A DNA stretch of 64,000 bases from Capsulimonadaceae bacterium (lineage in GTDB: Bacteria > Armatimonadota > Armatimonadia > Armatimonadales > Capsulimonadaceae), in contig OZ244065.1 of assembly GCA_965215505.1 (NCBI GenBank), forward strand, positions 512,001 to 576,000, given 5' to 3'. Below, piece after piece: positions 10,152-21,263 of this stretch; position 1 is the first letter of the stretch; each line of letters opens with the position of its first letter. Made by a program: the position numbers and the translations under genes. The notes under the pieces are model-generated. The model had not been told where the DNA came from, searched no databases, and saw nothing but the letters and a program-made list of their open reading frames with translations.

Positions 10152-11957
10152 TCACTCGTAACGGATGTCATCCAGGTAGAAGGCCACGGGCTTGCCGGTC
10201 GCGGCCAGGGTCCAGCAGAAGCCGGTCTTGATGCGGGACAGGTCCAGCCCTTTCAGGTCGAGTCTGTATTTCTTCCACGTCGGCGTCAGCGCGACGTGGT
10301 CCAGCTTGCCGGTCGCGCTGTCGGGGTAAGTCTTGTCTTTGCCGAGCAGGCCGAACTGGAAGTTGACGACCTCACCGCCGGACGCGCCGCGTGCCCAGAA
10401 CGTGAGCGCCCTGGCCCCGGTCAGGTCCGAGCCGCCGGGATGGTCGCCCCAATCGCCTGCGGCGTCCTGCCAGACGACACCGCCCCAGTCGTCAGCCGCC
10501 GTGTAGCCGACCTTCAGGCACGTCTTTCCCGTGCGCGGCGAGTCGGCGGAGGCGGCCTCCATCCTGATCGCGCCCGTGTTCCCCATGTATCCGGCCGGCG
10601 TGAAGGGCGGGGTGCCGTGCGCGCCCGCCCCGTACAGGACGAGCGGCAGGACGGCCTTTGATGCGGCGGGCTGCGGGGAGTCGTCCTGGACATAAAGCGG
10701 AACATTCGCGACGGCCGCGCCGCCATGCGCGTCCCGGACATAGACGTAGAGCCGGTAGCCGCCTTTGTGGATCGGCAGGGTCACGGTCGCTCCGCCATTG
10801 TCGGATGAAGTGATGGACTCGGGGTAGGTCGGCAGGGCACCCTCGGCCCCGCCGCCGGTGTGGTAAGTGACCGAGTCGGCCTGCAAGACCCACTGGACGG
10901 TCAGCGGGTCCTTTTGGGGATCGGCGGCGGTCAGTGTCGCCTTGACGGTCGCGCCGGGGGCGACCTGATCCGGCCCGGCCACGGTCAGGGCGTTGATGAC
11001 CGGGCAGAGGCGGGCGGGCGGCCTGCCGGTCCAGAGCTGGGTCAGGGCGTCGTCCGCGCCCAGACGGCTGCCGTCCGGCAGGAGCAGGCCGAACCAGGTC
11101 GCCGTCGCCTCCTGCTTATTGCCCCAGGTGAAGGCATAGGAGCCGAGGCAGAGCGGCTGGGCGGCGATGCTCTTCTCGTAGGTCGCGCTGTAAGTCTGCG
11201 CCTTCGCCGTGCTGGAAAGCTCGGGGACCGCGCCCCAGGAGTTCGCTTTCTGCTCCCAGACGCCGGGCGGGCCGTATTCGGTGATCATGTAGGGCTTCAC
11301 GCCGCCCGCCGCCTTGTACCGGGCGGCCACGGAAGGGCCGCCGCCATAGGAATTGATGCCCACGATGTCTATGTCCGGGCAGTGGGCGTTGATCTGCTGC
11401 ACCTTGTCGCCGCCGATCTCGGCAACGACGGTTATAGTCGGGTGGTTCGGGTCCAGCGCGTGGGCCATCCTGGCGAGGTCTTCGATCGCCGCCCACATGT
11501 CGGCATTGTCCTGCTCGCCGACCTCCATCTCGTTTCCCAAAGCCCAGCACAGCAGGGCAGGGGAGTCACGGTAGCGCAGGATGTCCTTGCGGACGGCCTC
11601 CTTCTGGGCCGCGACCTGGGCGGCGTCGTGGTAGTTGAAGTATTCCTTGTGGCCGAGCCAGACGCCGACCGTGACGGTCAAGCCGAGTTTCTGTGCTTCC
11701 GCCAGTTTCGGCTCCAGGTTGTCCGCCCCCCAGGTGCGGAACGAGTTGCCGCCGCCGTCCCGGAGCAGCATTTTTGAGCCGTCCCCGCCCGCGCCCTTGA
11801 CGAAGTAGGGCTTGCCGTCCCGCAGGAGCTGGAAGCCGCCCGCATTCCTGACGACCTTGACGACGGAAGGCTTGGCGTTGCCCGGCGGGGCGGCATGGAG
11901 CGCATTGGGAGCAAAAGCGGCACACAAAAGCGTCAGGAGGACGAGTGAGTTCTTCAT
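10152..11957 (-). CDS. Secreted clan GH-A hydrolase (GH2 TIM-barrel-like, possibly GH158 beta-1,3-glucanase) with a C-terminal CBM-like domain
   Basis: PYFVKGAGG, GGNSFRTWG, ALGNEM and ITEYG motifs; C-terminal GYMG...WGGVVWQ...DLTGARALTFWARG domain; signal peptide from MKNSLVLL. Confidence 0.75.
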   Translation of the reverse strand: MKNSLVLLTLLCAAFAPNALHAAPPGNAKPSVVKVVRNAGGFQLLRDGKPYFVKGAGGDGSKMLLRDGGGNSFRTWGADNLEPKLAEAQKLGLTVTVGVWLGHKEYFNYHDAAQVAAQKEAVRKDILRYRDSPALLCWALGNEMEVGEQDNADMWAAIEDLARMAHALDPNHPTITVVAEIGGDKVQQINAHCPDIDIVGINSYGGGPSVAARYKAAGGVKPYMITEYGPPGVWEQKANSWGAVPELSSTAKAQTYSATYEKSIAAQPLCLGSYAFTWGNKQEATATWFGLLLPDGSRLGADDALTQLWTGRPPARLCPVINALTVAGPDQVAPGATVKATLTAADPQKDPLTVQWVLQADSVTYHTGGGAEGALPTYPESITSSDNGGATVTLPIHKGGYRLYVYVRDAHGGAAVANVPLYVQDDSPQPAASKAVLPLVLYGAGAHGTPPFTPAGYMGNTGAIRMEAASADSPRTGKTCLKVGYTAADDWGGVVWQDAAGDWGDHPGGSDLTGARALTFWARGASGGEVVNFQFGLLGKDKTYPDSATGKLDHVALTPTWKKYRLDLKGLDLSRIKTGFCWTLAATGKPVAFYLDDIRYE

Positions 11958-12080
11958 TCGATGAGTATACCGCCCCTCGCAATGAAAGGGTATTTGACAC
12001 AGGCGTCCGACTTGCATAATGCCCGTGCGACCTGTACGCCTGGGTCTTCCTGACAAATCATCATTAGGGAGGGCAGTAGG

Positions 12081-12110
12081 AAAGGCTGCTGACCGCCTAC
12101 GGAAGCAGTC
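12081..12110 (-). terminator. Probable intrinsic terminator after the OGG-fold gene
   Basis: Minus strand GACTGCT-TCCGTAGGCGGTC-AGCAGCC hairpin followed by TTT, just after the stop at 12118. Confidence 0.45.
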
Positions 12111-12117
12111 GGATGCA

Positions 12118-12837
12118 TCAGCGAGCAAACCCCTTCCATAAAATCATCTCGATAGCGTCAGGTCTGCAATCGAGATCGTGCGCCCAGCCATTTACTAGTT
12201 CAACATAAAGCGCATATCCCTCGGCGCTACGCTGATCAACGGATGACCACCAAAGTTGCATTGCTTGAGCGGCCCCCTGGTTGCCGGCATCGGCAAGTTG
12301 CTTCATTCCCCCGGCAACTCCGTTTTCACGATTGTTGCCGTCCAGAATCAGAGGCATGGGATCAAGGCCGGAAGCCAGCCCTACGAAGTAGAAGTACTTC
12401 GTGAAGAATGACCAGCTAAATTGGTTCAAAGCTCCCGGACCACGAAAGAACAGGCAAGCCTCCACCAGTTCACCGATCTGCACTAGCTCCGCACCCTGTA
12501 TGAGCCGCTCAGTCGCTTGTGAGTGCGCCAGCATCCTACTTGTGCGGGTAGCGCCATAACCGACAGTGCCATACCCCCACATCATAACAGCCATTGCGAA
12601 CCGGCGTACAGAAAGCGGTTCAGTTTTCGCTTCGATACCAAGGGCGCACACGTTGCTGCGTGATAGGCTCTGACCGAATCGCCTGTGGATCTCAGTCAAG
12701 TCTTTGTCTGAGGTAAAACAGCGTTCCCACGTTTGGTAGTTGTAGTGGATAGAGTGTTCTTCTGGGCGATAGACTTTCAGTTCCGTTACTCTTCTCTTCA
12801 AGAGGTCTGGAACTTGGCTCTGGGATTGTGATGCCAT
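12118..12837 (-). CDS. Putative OGG-fold (8-oxoguanine glycosylase-like) protein in a lower-GC islet
   Basis: MWGYGTVGYGATR, FFTKYFYF and PLILD motifs recalled from the OGG-fold family; RBS AGGAGAG; visibly lower GC than neighbours. Confidence 0.55.
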   Translation of the reverse strand: MASQSQSQVPDLLKRRVTELKVYRPEEHSIHYNYQTWERCFTSDKDLTEIHRRFGQSLSRSNVCALGIEAKTEPLSVRRFAMAVMMWGYGTVGYGATRTSRMLAHSQATERLIQGAELVQIGELVEACLFFRGPGALNQFSWSFFTKYFYFVGLASGLDPMPLILDGNNRENGVAGGMKQLADAGNQGAAQAMQLWWSSVDQRSAEGYALYVELVNGWAHDLDCRPDAIEMILWKGFAR

Positions 12838-12902
12838 GGATCTCTCCTAGTTTTATGCTTGGTCGCTTACTACGATGATCTATATGAAGCCAAGCAACAG
12901 TG

Positions 12903-14096
12903 TCAAGCGGCGGCATCGGCGAGGGCGGCTTGGGGCCGGGGCAGCACGGCCTGGGTGATGACCAGGGACGCGAGGGCGGCGGCGACGCCGCACCAGAAAG
13001 GGGCGTGGTAGCCGAAGCGGTGCCAGAGCAGGCCGCCCGCCACGGGGATGACCACGGCGGCGACGTGGTTCATGGTCTGGCCCATCGCGAGCGACGGCGT
13101 CATCTCACCGGGCCGGACGATGCGGTTGAGGTAGGTGGTGATGCCGACGCCGAACGAGAACAGGATGCTGTCCACGACCCACAATACCTCCAGCACGGCG
13201 ACGCGCTGGACCAGAGCGTACCCGGCGAAGGTCAGGGCGATGGCGACATAGTAGAACGACATGGTGTGGCGTTCGCCGATGCGATCAATGAGCCGGCCCA
13301 CCGGTGCGGCGACCAGGAAGGAGGCGGCGGCGTTGAGCAGCATCAGCGTGTCTATCTGCGGCAGGGCGACGTGCCACTGCTGGACCAGGGCAAACAGTGC
13401 GAAGGTCGAAAAGATCTGCCGCCGGAATCCTTCCAGGAAGGTCAGGCCGTAGAACAGCCCATACTCGCGCCGGAAGAGCAGCCGGGGCCGGTTGTGCGTG
13501 GTCGAGGCCCCCGACATGGGCAGCAGGCACGCCCCGCCCGCGAAGATGAAGGCGGCGGCGGTCACGAAAAATCCGGGGTAGAAGATCGGGTGTTCATGCC
13601 CCGCCACCAGGCGGACCACGATGAACGCGAGGATCGTCCCCGCTGACCCGATGGCCCCCATGCGGCCCAGGTGCCGCCCGCTCTCCGCGCCCGAGGCCAA
13701 TGCGATCGGGATGAACGACGAGGACGTGAACCACTGGTGCATGAAGACGGACCAGAAGACAGTCACCAGCACCAGCTCGCCGTAGGTGTGGACGAAGCCG
13801 GTGGCGGCGACGCCCGCCGCGCTGAAGCACAGGCAAAGCGCGGCGATGCGCGACTCGGCGTAGCGCGCTACCAGGGCGGCGATGCCGACGGCCAGCAGGC
13901 CGGGGATCTCGCGCGACGTTTCCAGGGCACCCATGCCGAGCGGCTTCACCCCCAATGTCTCGGTGATGAAGTTGATGAAGACCGCGCCGTACATGGCGAA
14001 GCCGAAGCCGAACAGGAAAACGGCGGTGGAAAAGAGCCGCCAGTCGCGGCGGATCTGTTCAGGGGTGAAGGTGTGTTCAGGGGAAAAAGCAGGCAT
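12903..14096 (-). CDS. MFS transporter
   Basis: About 12 hydrophobic segments; GRLIDRIGER MFS loop motif. Confidence 0.9.
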   Translation of the reverse strand: MPAFSPEHTFTPEQIRRDWRLFSTAVFLFGFGFAMYGAVFINFITETLGVKPLGMGALETSREIPGLLAVGIAALVARYAESRIAALCLCFSAAGVAATGFVHTYGELVLVTVFWSVFMHQWFTSSSFIPIALASGAESGRHLGRMGAIGSAGTILAFIVVRLVAGHEHPIFYPGFFVTAAAFIFAGGACLLPMSGASTTHNRPRLLFRREYGLFYGLTFLEGFRRQIFSTFALFALVQQWHVALPQIDTLMLLNAAASFLVAAPVGRLIDRIGERHTMSFYYVAIALTFAGYALVQRVAVLEVLWVVDSILFSFGVGITTYLNRIVRPGEMTPSLAMGQTMNHVAAVVIPVAGGLLWHRFGYHAPFWCGVAAALASLVITQAVLPRPQAALADAAA

Positions 14097-14265
14097 CGGC
14101 TTCCAGTATACCTATTTTCGGCGATTTTTGGGATAACGCGCGGGTTGGCACGGTCTATGCATTAGAGGTAAGCAGTAAGGCACTCGCAAGAACTCACGCG
14201 CACGGATGAAGACGAAGTCGTTGCCGTCCATGACATCACCGATCGTCGAGAAAGGTCGTCCACTC

Positions 14266-14457
14266 ATGGCCCTGATCCGCACCTGTCGCTCCGCCGCTCG
14301 TTCCGGGCGCGCGCGCTTCCTCCCCGGCGGGCCGGCCCATGCCGCCGCCAGGCAACTGCTGTTTCCGCAGATGTCGCTCCAGGTCTCGTCCGCGCTGAAG
14401 CTCGCACCGGGCTTCTCGCACAAGCCCACCCTCCGACTCGCGCCCGCCCCGGCGTGA
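14266..14457 (+). CDS. Small basic hypothetical protein (~63 aa)
   Basis: GAGAAAGG upstream of ATG 14266, and a strong terminator directly after the stop. No recognisable family. Confidence 0.4.
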   Translation: MALIRTCRSAARSGRARFLPGGPAHAAARQLLFPQMSLQVSSALKLAPGFSHKPTLRLAPAPA

Positions 14458-14471
14458 CGCGCGCGAAGCGC

Positions 14472-14512
14472 CGCCCCGGCCACAGGTCTACAGCCTGTGC
14501 CGGGGCGTTTTT
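14472..14512 (+). terminator. Intrinsic terminator
   Basis: CGCCCCGGC(C)ACAGG-tctacag-CCTGTGCCGGGGCG followed by TTTTT. Confidence 0.8.
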
Positions 14513-14516
14513 GCTG

Positions 14517-14546
14517 TTGACATTCCTCCCTGCCCCGTGCTACTAT
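14517..14546 (+). promoter_or_regulatory. Sigma70-type promoter, likely producing a leaderless mRNA
   Basis: TTGACA-N18-TACTAT (extended TG), 5 nt before ATG 14552; no SD. Confidence 0.7.
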
Positions 14547-14551
14547 CCCCC

Positions 14552-16123
14552 ATGACTGACCTGATTTTACGCGGCGGGACTCTCTATGACGGGCTGGGCG
14601 GCGAGGGCCGGCGGCAGGACATCGCCGTCACGGATGACCGGATCACTGGGCTGGGCGATCTTTCCTCGGAGGCAGCGGGTCGCGTCCTGGACGTTTCCGG
14701 GCTGGCGGTCGCGCCGGGCTTTATTGACATCCACACGCACTCCGACTTCTCCCTGCTCATCAACCGGCCTATGCGGAGCAGTCTGGCGCAGGGCGTCACG
14801 ACGGAACTCGTCGGCAACTGCGGCACCTCCATCGGGCTGGTGACGGCGGGGGAGAACTTCGCGCAGGAGCGGCGCTGGGCCGAGCGCGGCGGAACGGTCC
14901 TGGACTGGTCGCGCCTGAGTGAATACCTGGCGCGCGTGGAGGATGGCGGGCTGGCGGGGAACGTCGCCACGCTGGCGGGGCACGGGACCATCCGCAAGGC
15001 CGTTATGGGCTTTGAAGACCGTGTGCCGACGGCCGCCGAGCTGGCCCGGATGCAGGCGATGCTCTCGGGGGCGCTGGCCGACGGCGCAGTCGGGCTGTCC
15101 ACGGGCCTGGAATACCTGCCCGGCGGCCACGCCCGACATGAGGAAGTCGCCGCGCTGGCAGCCGTCGCCCATGAGGCGGGGGGATTCTACGCGACCCACA
15201 TCCGCAATGAGGGCGACACATTGGTGGAGAGCATCCAGGAGGCCCTGCGCGTCGCCGAGGCGACGGGCATTCCCTTGCAGCTTTCGCACCACAAGTCCGA
15301 GGGCCGCGCCAACTGGGGCAAGCCGCAGGTGACGCTGCCGATGATGGCGCGGGCGCGGGCGTCTGGCCTGGACGTGCTGACCGACCAGTACCCCTACACC
15401 GCGTTCATGACGGGCCTGAGCGTGATCCTGCTGCCGCACTGGGCCAAGGAGGGGGCGATGGAGGACATGCTGGCCCGCCTGCGCGATCCGGGCGACCGTG
15501 CGCGCATCCTGGCCCAAATCGCCGGGGAGCCGTGGGACTGGAACACGGTGCAGATCGGAATCGCCCGCACCCGGCGCGAGGCACAGGGGAAGACGCTGGC
15601 AGAACTGGGGGCGCAGGAAGGCAAGTCGCCCGCCGAGGCCGCCCTGGACCTGCTGCTGGACGAGGAGGGTTGGGTGGCCGCCGTCCACTTCGCCATGTCC
15701 GAAGAAGACGTCGAGTTCATCCTCTCCGACCCCCACACCATGATCGGCTCGGACGGCGTCGCCAACGACCCGGCCAGCGAGATGGCCGCCGACAAGACCC
15801 ACCCGCGCACCTACGGGACGTATCCGCGCGTGCTGGCCCGCTATGTCCGCGACCGCGAGGTCCTGTCACTGGGCGAGGCGATCCGCCGCATGACCAGCCT
15901 CCCCGCCCGTCGGCTCGGGCTGGCCGACCGGGGGACGTTGCGCGTCGGCGCGATGGCCGACATCACCGTCTTCGACCCCAAAGCCGTAGACGACGCCGCC
16001 ACGTTCGACGACCCGCACCGCTTCCCCATCGGCATTCCCCACGTCATCGTCAATGGGCAATTCGCCTTGGAGAATGGTGTGCAGACAGACGTGCTTTCGG
16101 GAAGGGTGCTGCGGCGGCAATGA
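14552..16123 (+). CDS. N-acyl-D-amino-acid deacylase (amidohydrolase family)
   Basis: PGFIDIHTHSD, GNCG, HIRNE, LSHHK, DQYPY, IGSDG and HPRTYGTYPR motifs. Confidence 0.9.
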   Translation: MTDLILRGGTLYDGLGGEGRRQDIAVTDDRITGLGDLSSEAAGRVLDVSGLAVAPGFIDIHTHSDFSLLINRPMRSSLAQGVTTELVGNCGTSIGLVTAGENFAQERRWAERGGTVLDWSRLSEYLARVEDGGLAGNVATLAGHGTIRKAVMGFEDRVPTAAELARMQAMLSGALADGAVGLSTGLEYLPGGHARHEEVAALAAVAHEAGGFYATHIRNEGDTLVESIQEALRVAEATGIPLQLSHHKSEGRANWGKPQVTLPMMARARASGLDVLTDQYPYTAFMTGLSVILLPHWAKEGAMEDMLARLRDPGDRARILAQIAGEPWDWNTVQIGIARTRREAQGKTLAELGAQEGKSPAEAALDLLLDEEGWVAAVHFAMSEEDVEFILSDPHTMIGSDGVANDPASEMAADKTHPRTYGTYPRVLARYVRDREVLSLGEAIRRMTSLPARRLGLADRGTLRVGAMADITVFDPKAVDDAATFDDPHRFPIGIPHVIVNGQFALENGVQTDVLSGRVLRRQ

Positions 16124-16369
16124 AGCGATTGCGGGTGTCTCAAATCCTGTTCCCTGGGGCATTATTGATCACCCTTCTCGCCATGGACGTATTCCTCGCA
16201 CGAGCGTCAGCAACACCTGAACGACGCTCTACTGAATGCTGCCATCTACGGCGATGCCTCTGCCGCTCGCGACCTTCTCCGCAGCGGTGCCGATCCCAAC
16301 GCCTGCGAACAGCTCTCGTCACTCAGGGAGAAGCTAGAGCAGATTTTTCCGGCTGCTGGTACTCAGTAA
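16120..16369 (+). pseudogene. Frameshifted, truncated membrane-anchored ankyrin-repeat gene
   Basis: ATG overlaps the upstream stop. A hydrophobic N-terminus is followed, after a shift near 16183, by WTYSSHERQQHLNDALLNAAIYGDASAARDLLRSGADPNA (ankyrin consensus), ending at TAA 16367-16369. Confidence 0.65.
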
Positions 16370-16460
16370 AAACACTTTTTCGGAGATTTCGACGCATCTG
16401 TTTTTCGGAGAATGGCCCGAAAGAATCCAAGCAGAGGGATCAACAAGCTAAGAGGGCCAA

Positions 16461-16931
16461 ATGTCAAATTTCGTGAAAGGCTATGTCGAGACGCCGAACC
16501 TACCGAGCGTAGTAAAGGATGTTGAGCAATTAGCAGCCAAACAGCCTCTGGGATTAATTATAGGCTCGACAGACTCCTTACATAATTTTCCGCCTTCCCT
16601 GCTTCCTAAAGCCGAAAATGTAATGGTTTTTTCTATATGCGACTCTAAACAAGATAATACAGCGAGCCATCTTCTTGATTCGCTTAATTATGTTGGTGAT
16701 TTATCAAGTGGCTTACCTCGAGAAGCGAGAAAGCGCCGGGATCTACTGCTAGGCTTAATATCAGGGATGTTCAGGCTTGAGCAAGTGGAAAAGCTTTATG
16801 TGGCGATGACTGAGGTGGAAGAGATTGAGTCAATAGTGGCACTCTCACTAGAAGAGCTGAAGGAAGTGACCATCAACAACTACGAGGGTCCCCCTAATGT
16901 TCTGTATATAGTTGAGAAACCTTCGTATTAA
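16461..16931 (+). CDS. Hypothetical protein in a low-GC islet
   Basis: 156-aa ORF in AT-rich DNA with AAGAGGG RBS; no family recognised. Confidence 0.7.
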   Translation: MSNFVKGYVETPNLPSVVKDVEQLAAKQPLGLIIGSTDSLHNFPPSLLPKAENVMVFSICDSKQDNTASHLLDSLNYVGDLSSGLPREARKRRDLLLGLISGMFRLEQVEKLYVAMTEVEEIESIVALSLEELKEVTINNYEGPPNVLYIVEKPSY

Positions 16932-17445
16932 CACCGATCTTTCCCATAATTCCTGCCCACCGCTCCTGATGGGTTTCATCGCGATATTCGGGAAGGAAGC
17001 CTAGCTTCAAATAGGTGTGAATTGCGGCAAGGCGATGGTCCTGAGTTTCCAGAAGGGCATCAGTGCAGCCCAGCGTGACGAATGTATGCAGGACGGCGAG
17101 GGAAACGAAAAAGCCGGATCGATGCCCCTGGTAATCGGGGTCCACAGCGACCCAGTGCAGGTAGCCGGAGCCGGGGAAAAGGTCAGGTCGAAGCCGCACC
17201 GAGGCGGTGGCAATGGGGCGGCCGTGGAAATCTACCACGAGCGTCTGCTTGACGCCTTGCTGATCGTTCAGCGTGGCCGCGACCCGAGCCTCGTCCCAGT
17301 CCTCATCGGCGAAGGCGCGGTCGAGAACGGAGGCCACGGTGGGACCCTCTTCCGGCCGCATTTCCCTGAGCGTATATCCAGGAGGCAATGAGGGCAGCGG
17401 CGGCAGATCATGGAGATCAGGCCGCCGCATCAGCAGATTGGTCAT
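16894..17445 (-). CDS. GNAT N-acetyltransferase
   Basis: LHWVAVDPDYQGHRSG acetyl-CoA motif and AIHTYLKLGF; start overlaps the lon stop. Confidence 0.85.
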   Translation of the reverse strand: MTNLLMRRPDLHDLPPLPSLPPGYTLREMRPEEGPTVASVLDRAFADEDWDEARVAATLNDQQGVKQTLVVDFHGRPIATASVRLRPDLFPGSGYLHWVAVDPDYQGHRSGFFVSLAVLHTFVTLGCTDALLETQDHRLAAIHTYLKLGFLPEYRDETHQERWAGIMGKIGVNTKVSQLYTEH

Positions 17446-19844
17446 CAGGGCTTGTCCAGCAGGGCTAGTTTCAAGACTTCATCGGCGTGGGTGACGCATT
17501 CAAATTTCATTTCGCTTCGGATGTTGCCGGGGAGGTCTTCCAGGTCCTTCTCGTTCTCGGCGGGCACGATGACGGTGCGGATGCCCGCCCGGTGGGCGGC
17601 CAGGACTTTCTCCTTCAAGCCACCGATGGGCAGGACGCGCCCGCGCAGGGTGATCTCGCCGGTCATGGCGATGTCCTTGCGAACGGCCCTGCCGGTGAGG
17701 GCGGACGCCAACGCCGTGGCAAGGGTGATTCCCGCCGAAGGGCCGTCCTTGGGGACGGCGCCTGCGGGAACGTGGACGTGGATCTCGATGCGCTCGTTGA
17801 AGTCTTCTTCCAGGCCAAGCATCTCGGCGCGCGACCGGACATAGGACATGGCGGCCTGGGCGGATTCCTTCATCACGTCGCCGAGTTGTCCCGTCAGGAT
17901 CAGGCGGCCGTCTTTGCCCTTCATGGGCGATACCTCGATGGAGATAACATCCCCGCCGACCTCGGTGTAGACAAGCCCCGTCGCCGCGCCGACCTCGTCC
18001 ATCTCCTCCATGACGCCGTAGTGGTACTTGCGCTGGCCCAAAAACTCGCGCAGCTCGGCGTCGCCGATGGTCACGGTCTCGGTGTGGCCCTGCGCGACCC
18101 GGCGGGCGACTTTGCGACAGAGGGAGGCGACCTCACGCTCGAAATTGCGGACGCCGGCCTCGCGCGTGTGTTCGCGGATGATGCGGCGGGTCGTCTCCTC
18201 GGGGATGACAAGCTGCTCTTCCGTCAGGCCGTGTTCCTTGATCTGCTTGGGGATCAGAAACTTTTGCGCGATCTGAAGCTTTTCGTCTTCGGTGTAGCCC
18301 GAGAAGGAGATGACCTCCAACCGGTCCCGCAGGGCGGGCGGGATGGGGTCCATCAAATTCGCGGTCGTGATAAACATGACTTCGGACAGGTCGAACGGCA
18401 CTTCCAAATAGTGGTCGGAGAACTCGTTGTTCTGGGCCGGGTCGAGTGCTTCCAGGAGGGCCGAGGACGGGTCGCCCCGGAAGTCCGCACCCATCTTGTC
18501 TATCTCATCCAGGACGAAGACGGGGTTGCGCGTCCCGGCCTGTTTCAAGCCCTGCAAGATGCGGCCCGGCAGGGCACCGATGTAGGTGCGCCGGTGGCCG
18601 CGTATCTCGGCCTCGTCGCGGACGCCGCCGAGGGAGATGCGGACGAACTTGCGGCCCAGGGCGCGGGCGATGCTCTTGCCCAGGCTGGTCTTGCCGACTC
18701 CGGGCGGGCCGACGAAGCAGATGATGGGGCCTTTGAGCGTCCCCGCAAGCTGGCGGACGGCCAGGAATTCTAGAACACGCTCCTTGACTTTGGGCAGGCC
18801 ATAATGGTCTTCATCCAGGATCGCTTCCGCCGCGCCCACGTCCAACGTCTCCTCAGACTTGACGGACCAGGGCAGGGCCAGCATGGTGTCGAGGTAGGAG
18901 CGGATGACCACGCCCTCGGGGACGCCGAAGGGCATCTTTTCTAATCGGTCTATCTCCTTCAGCGCCCGCTCCAGCACCATCTCCGGCATCTTCGCCTCCG
19001 AAGCCTTGGTGCGGTACTCGTCTACCTCGCCCTGGCGCTCGTCGCGCTCGCCGAGTTCCTGCTGGATGGCCTTCATCTGCTCGCGCAGCAGGAACTCGCG
19101 CTGAGTCTCGCCCATCTCCTTCTCGACCCGGCTGCGGATGTTCTTCTGGATCTGGAGGATCTCGAATTCTTTGGTCAGCAGCAGGCTGAGTTTTTGCAGG
19201 CGCTCCCCGGCGTCCAAGGTCTCCAGAAGCTCCTGCTTTGTTTCAACGCGCAGGGAGGGCAGGTGCCAGGCGACGTGGTCGGCGAGCGTGCCCGGCTCCT
19301 CGATGCCCAGCAGGGTGACGACGACCTCGGGGGGGATGTTCTTGCCGGTGTTGGCGATCTGCTCGAACTGCGTGGTCACAGAGCGCATGAGTGCTTCCGC
19401 TTCCAGGGCCTGAACCGGGTCAAGCGTCAGCCGCTCGATGCGCGCCTGGAAGTGCGGCTCCGTTTGCAGCCACTCGGCCACGCGGACGCGCTCCTTGCCT
19501 TCGAGCATGACCCGGACGGTGCCGTCGGGGACTTTGAGTATCTGGATGATCTCGGCGACGATGCCGATCTCGTGCAGGTCCTCGATTTCGGGGTCCTCGG
19601 TCGCCACCTGCCTTTGGGCGGTCAGGATGATATGCTCGCTGCCCGCCATCGCTTCGTCGAGCGCGCGCACCGACTTCTCCCGGCCCACGAACAGCGGGAA
19701 GATGATGCCGGGGAAGTGGACGATCTCGCGGATGGGCAGGAGCGGCAGGATGTCGGGGAATGCGGCGGGCGGGGGCGTTTCCGGGGCGGAGCGGCGTCCG
19801 CCCGTCTTCTTCGCGCGTGGCGCGGTCGTCGTTGTACGGGCCAT
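17445..19844 (-). CDS. lon: ATP-dependent protease La
   Basis: GPPGVGKTS Walker [11 protein letters not shown], catalytic PKDGPSAG and GGLKEK. Confidence 0.98.
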   Translation of the reverse strand: MARTTTTAPRAKKTGGRRSAPETPPPAAFPDILPLLPIREIVHFPGIIFPLFVGREKSVRALDEAMAGSEHIILTAQRQVATEDPEIEDLHEIGIVAEIIQILKVPDGTVRVMLEGKERVRVAEWLQTEPHFQARIERLTLDPVQALEAEALMRSVTTQFEQIANTGKNIPPEVVVTLLGIEEPGTLADHVAWHLPSLRVETKQELLETLDAGERLQKLSLLLTKEFEILQIQKNIRSRVEKEMGETQREFLLREQMKAIQQELGERDERQGEVDEYRTKASEAKMPEMVLERALKEIDRLEKMPFGVPEGVVIRSYLDTMLALPWSVKSEETLDVGAAEAILDEDHYGLPKVKERVLEFLAVRQLAGTLKGPIICFVGPPGVGKTSLGKSIARALGRKFVRISLGGVRDEAEIRGHRRTYIGALPGRILQGLKQAGTRNPVFVLDEIDKMGADFRGDPSSALLEALDPAQNNEFSDHYLEVPFDLSEVMFITTANLMDPIPPALRDRLEVISFSGYTEDEKLQIAQKFLIPKQIKEHGLTEEQLVIPEETTRRIIREHTREAGVRNFEREVASLCRKVARRVAQGHTETVTIGDAELREFLGQRKYHYGVMEEMDEVGAATGLVYTEVGGDVISIEVSPMKGKDGRLILTGQLGDVMKESAQAAMSYVRSRAEMLGLEEDFNERIEIHVHVPAGAVPKDGPSAGITLATALASALTGRAVRKDIAMTGEITLRGRVLPIGGLKEKVLAAHRAGIRTVIVPAENEKDLEDLPGNIRSEMKFECVTHADEVLKLALLDKP

Positions 19845-19868
19845 AAGCGGGTGGGGGACCTTTGGGAA

Positions 19869-19908
19869 CAGAAAGGCCTAACCCCGGCGCTCGCGCCGGG
19901 GTTAGGCC
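19869..19908 (-). terminator. Perfect 16-bp inverted repeat between clpX and lon; probable terminator
   Basis: GGCCTAACCCCGGCGC-tc-GCGCCGGGGTTAGGCC, followed on the minus strand by TTTCTGTT. Confidence 0.65.
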
Positions 19909-19916
19909 CAAAATCT

Positions 19917-21182
<1,266 letters not shown>

Positions 21183-21218
21183 GTGCGTCCTTTGGGTGTC
21201 CGGCCCGCAGAGGATTAA

Positions 21219-21243
21219 GGGCGAACACAAGGTTCGCCCCCAC
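21219..21243 (-). repeat. REP palindrome (GTGG variant of GTAG-GGGCGAACCTTGTGTTCGCCC)
   Basis: GGGCGAACACAAGGTTCGCCCC is identical to the copy at 34887. Confidence 0.8.
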
Positions 21244-21263
21244 GGGCCGGTGAAAGTGTCTCG

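Noticed and set aside
12084..12110. GGAAGCAG resembling the SRP RNA core
   Set aside because: It lacks the CAGG and GNRA tetraloop arrangement and is better explained as a minus-strand terminator.
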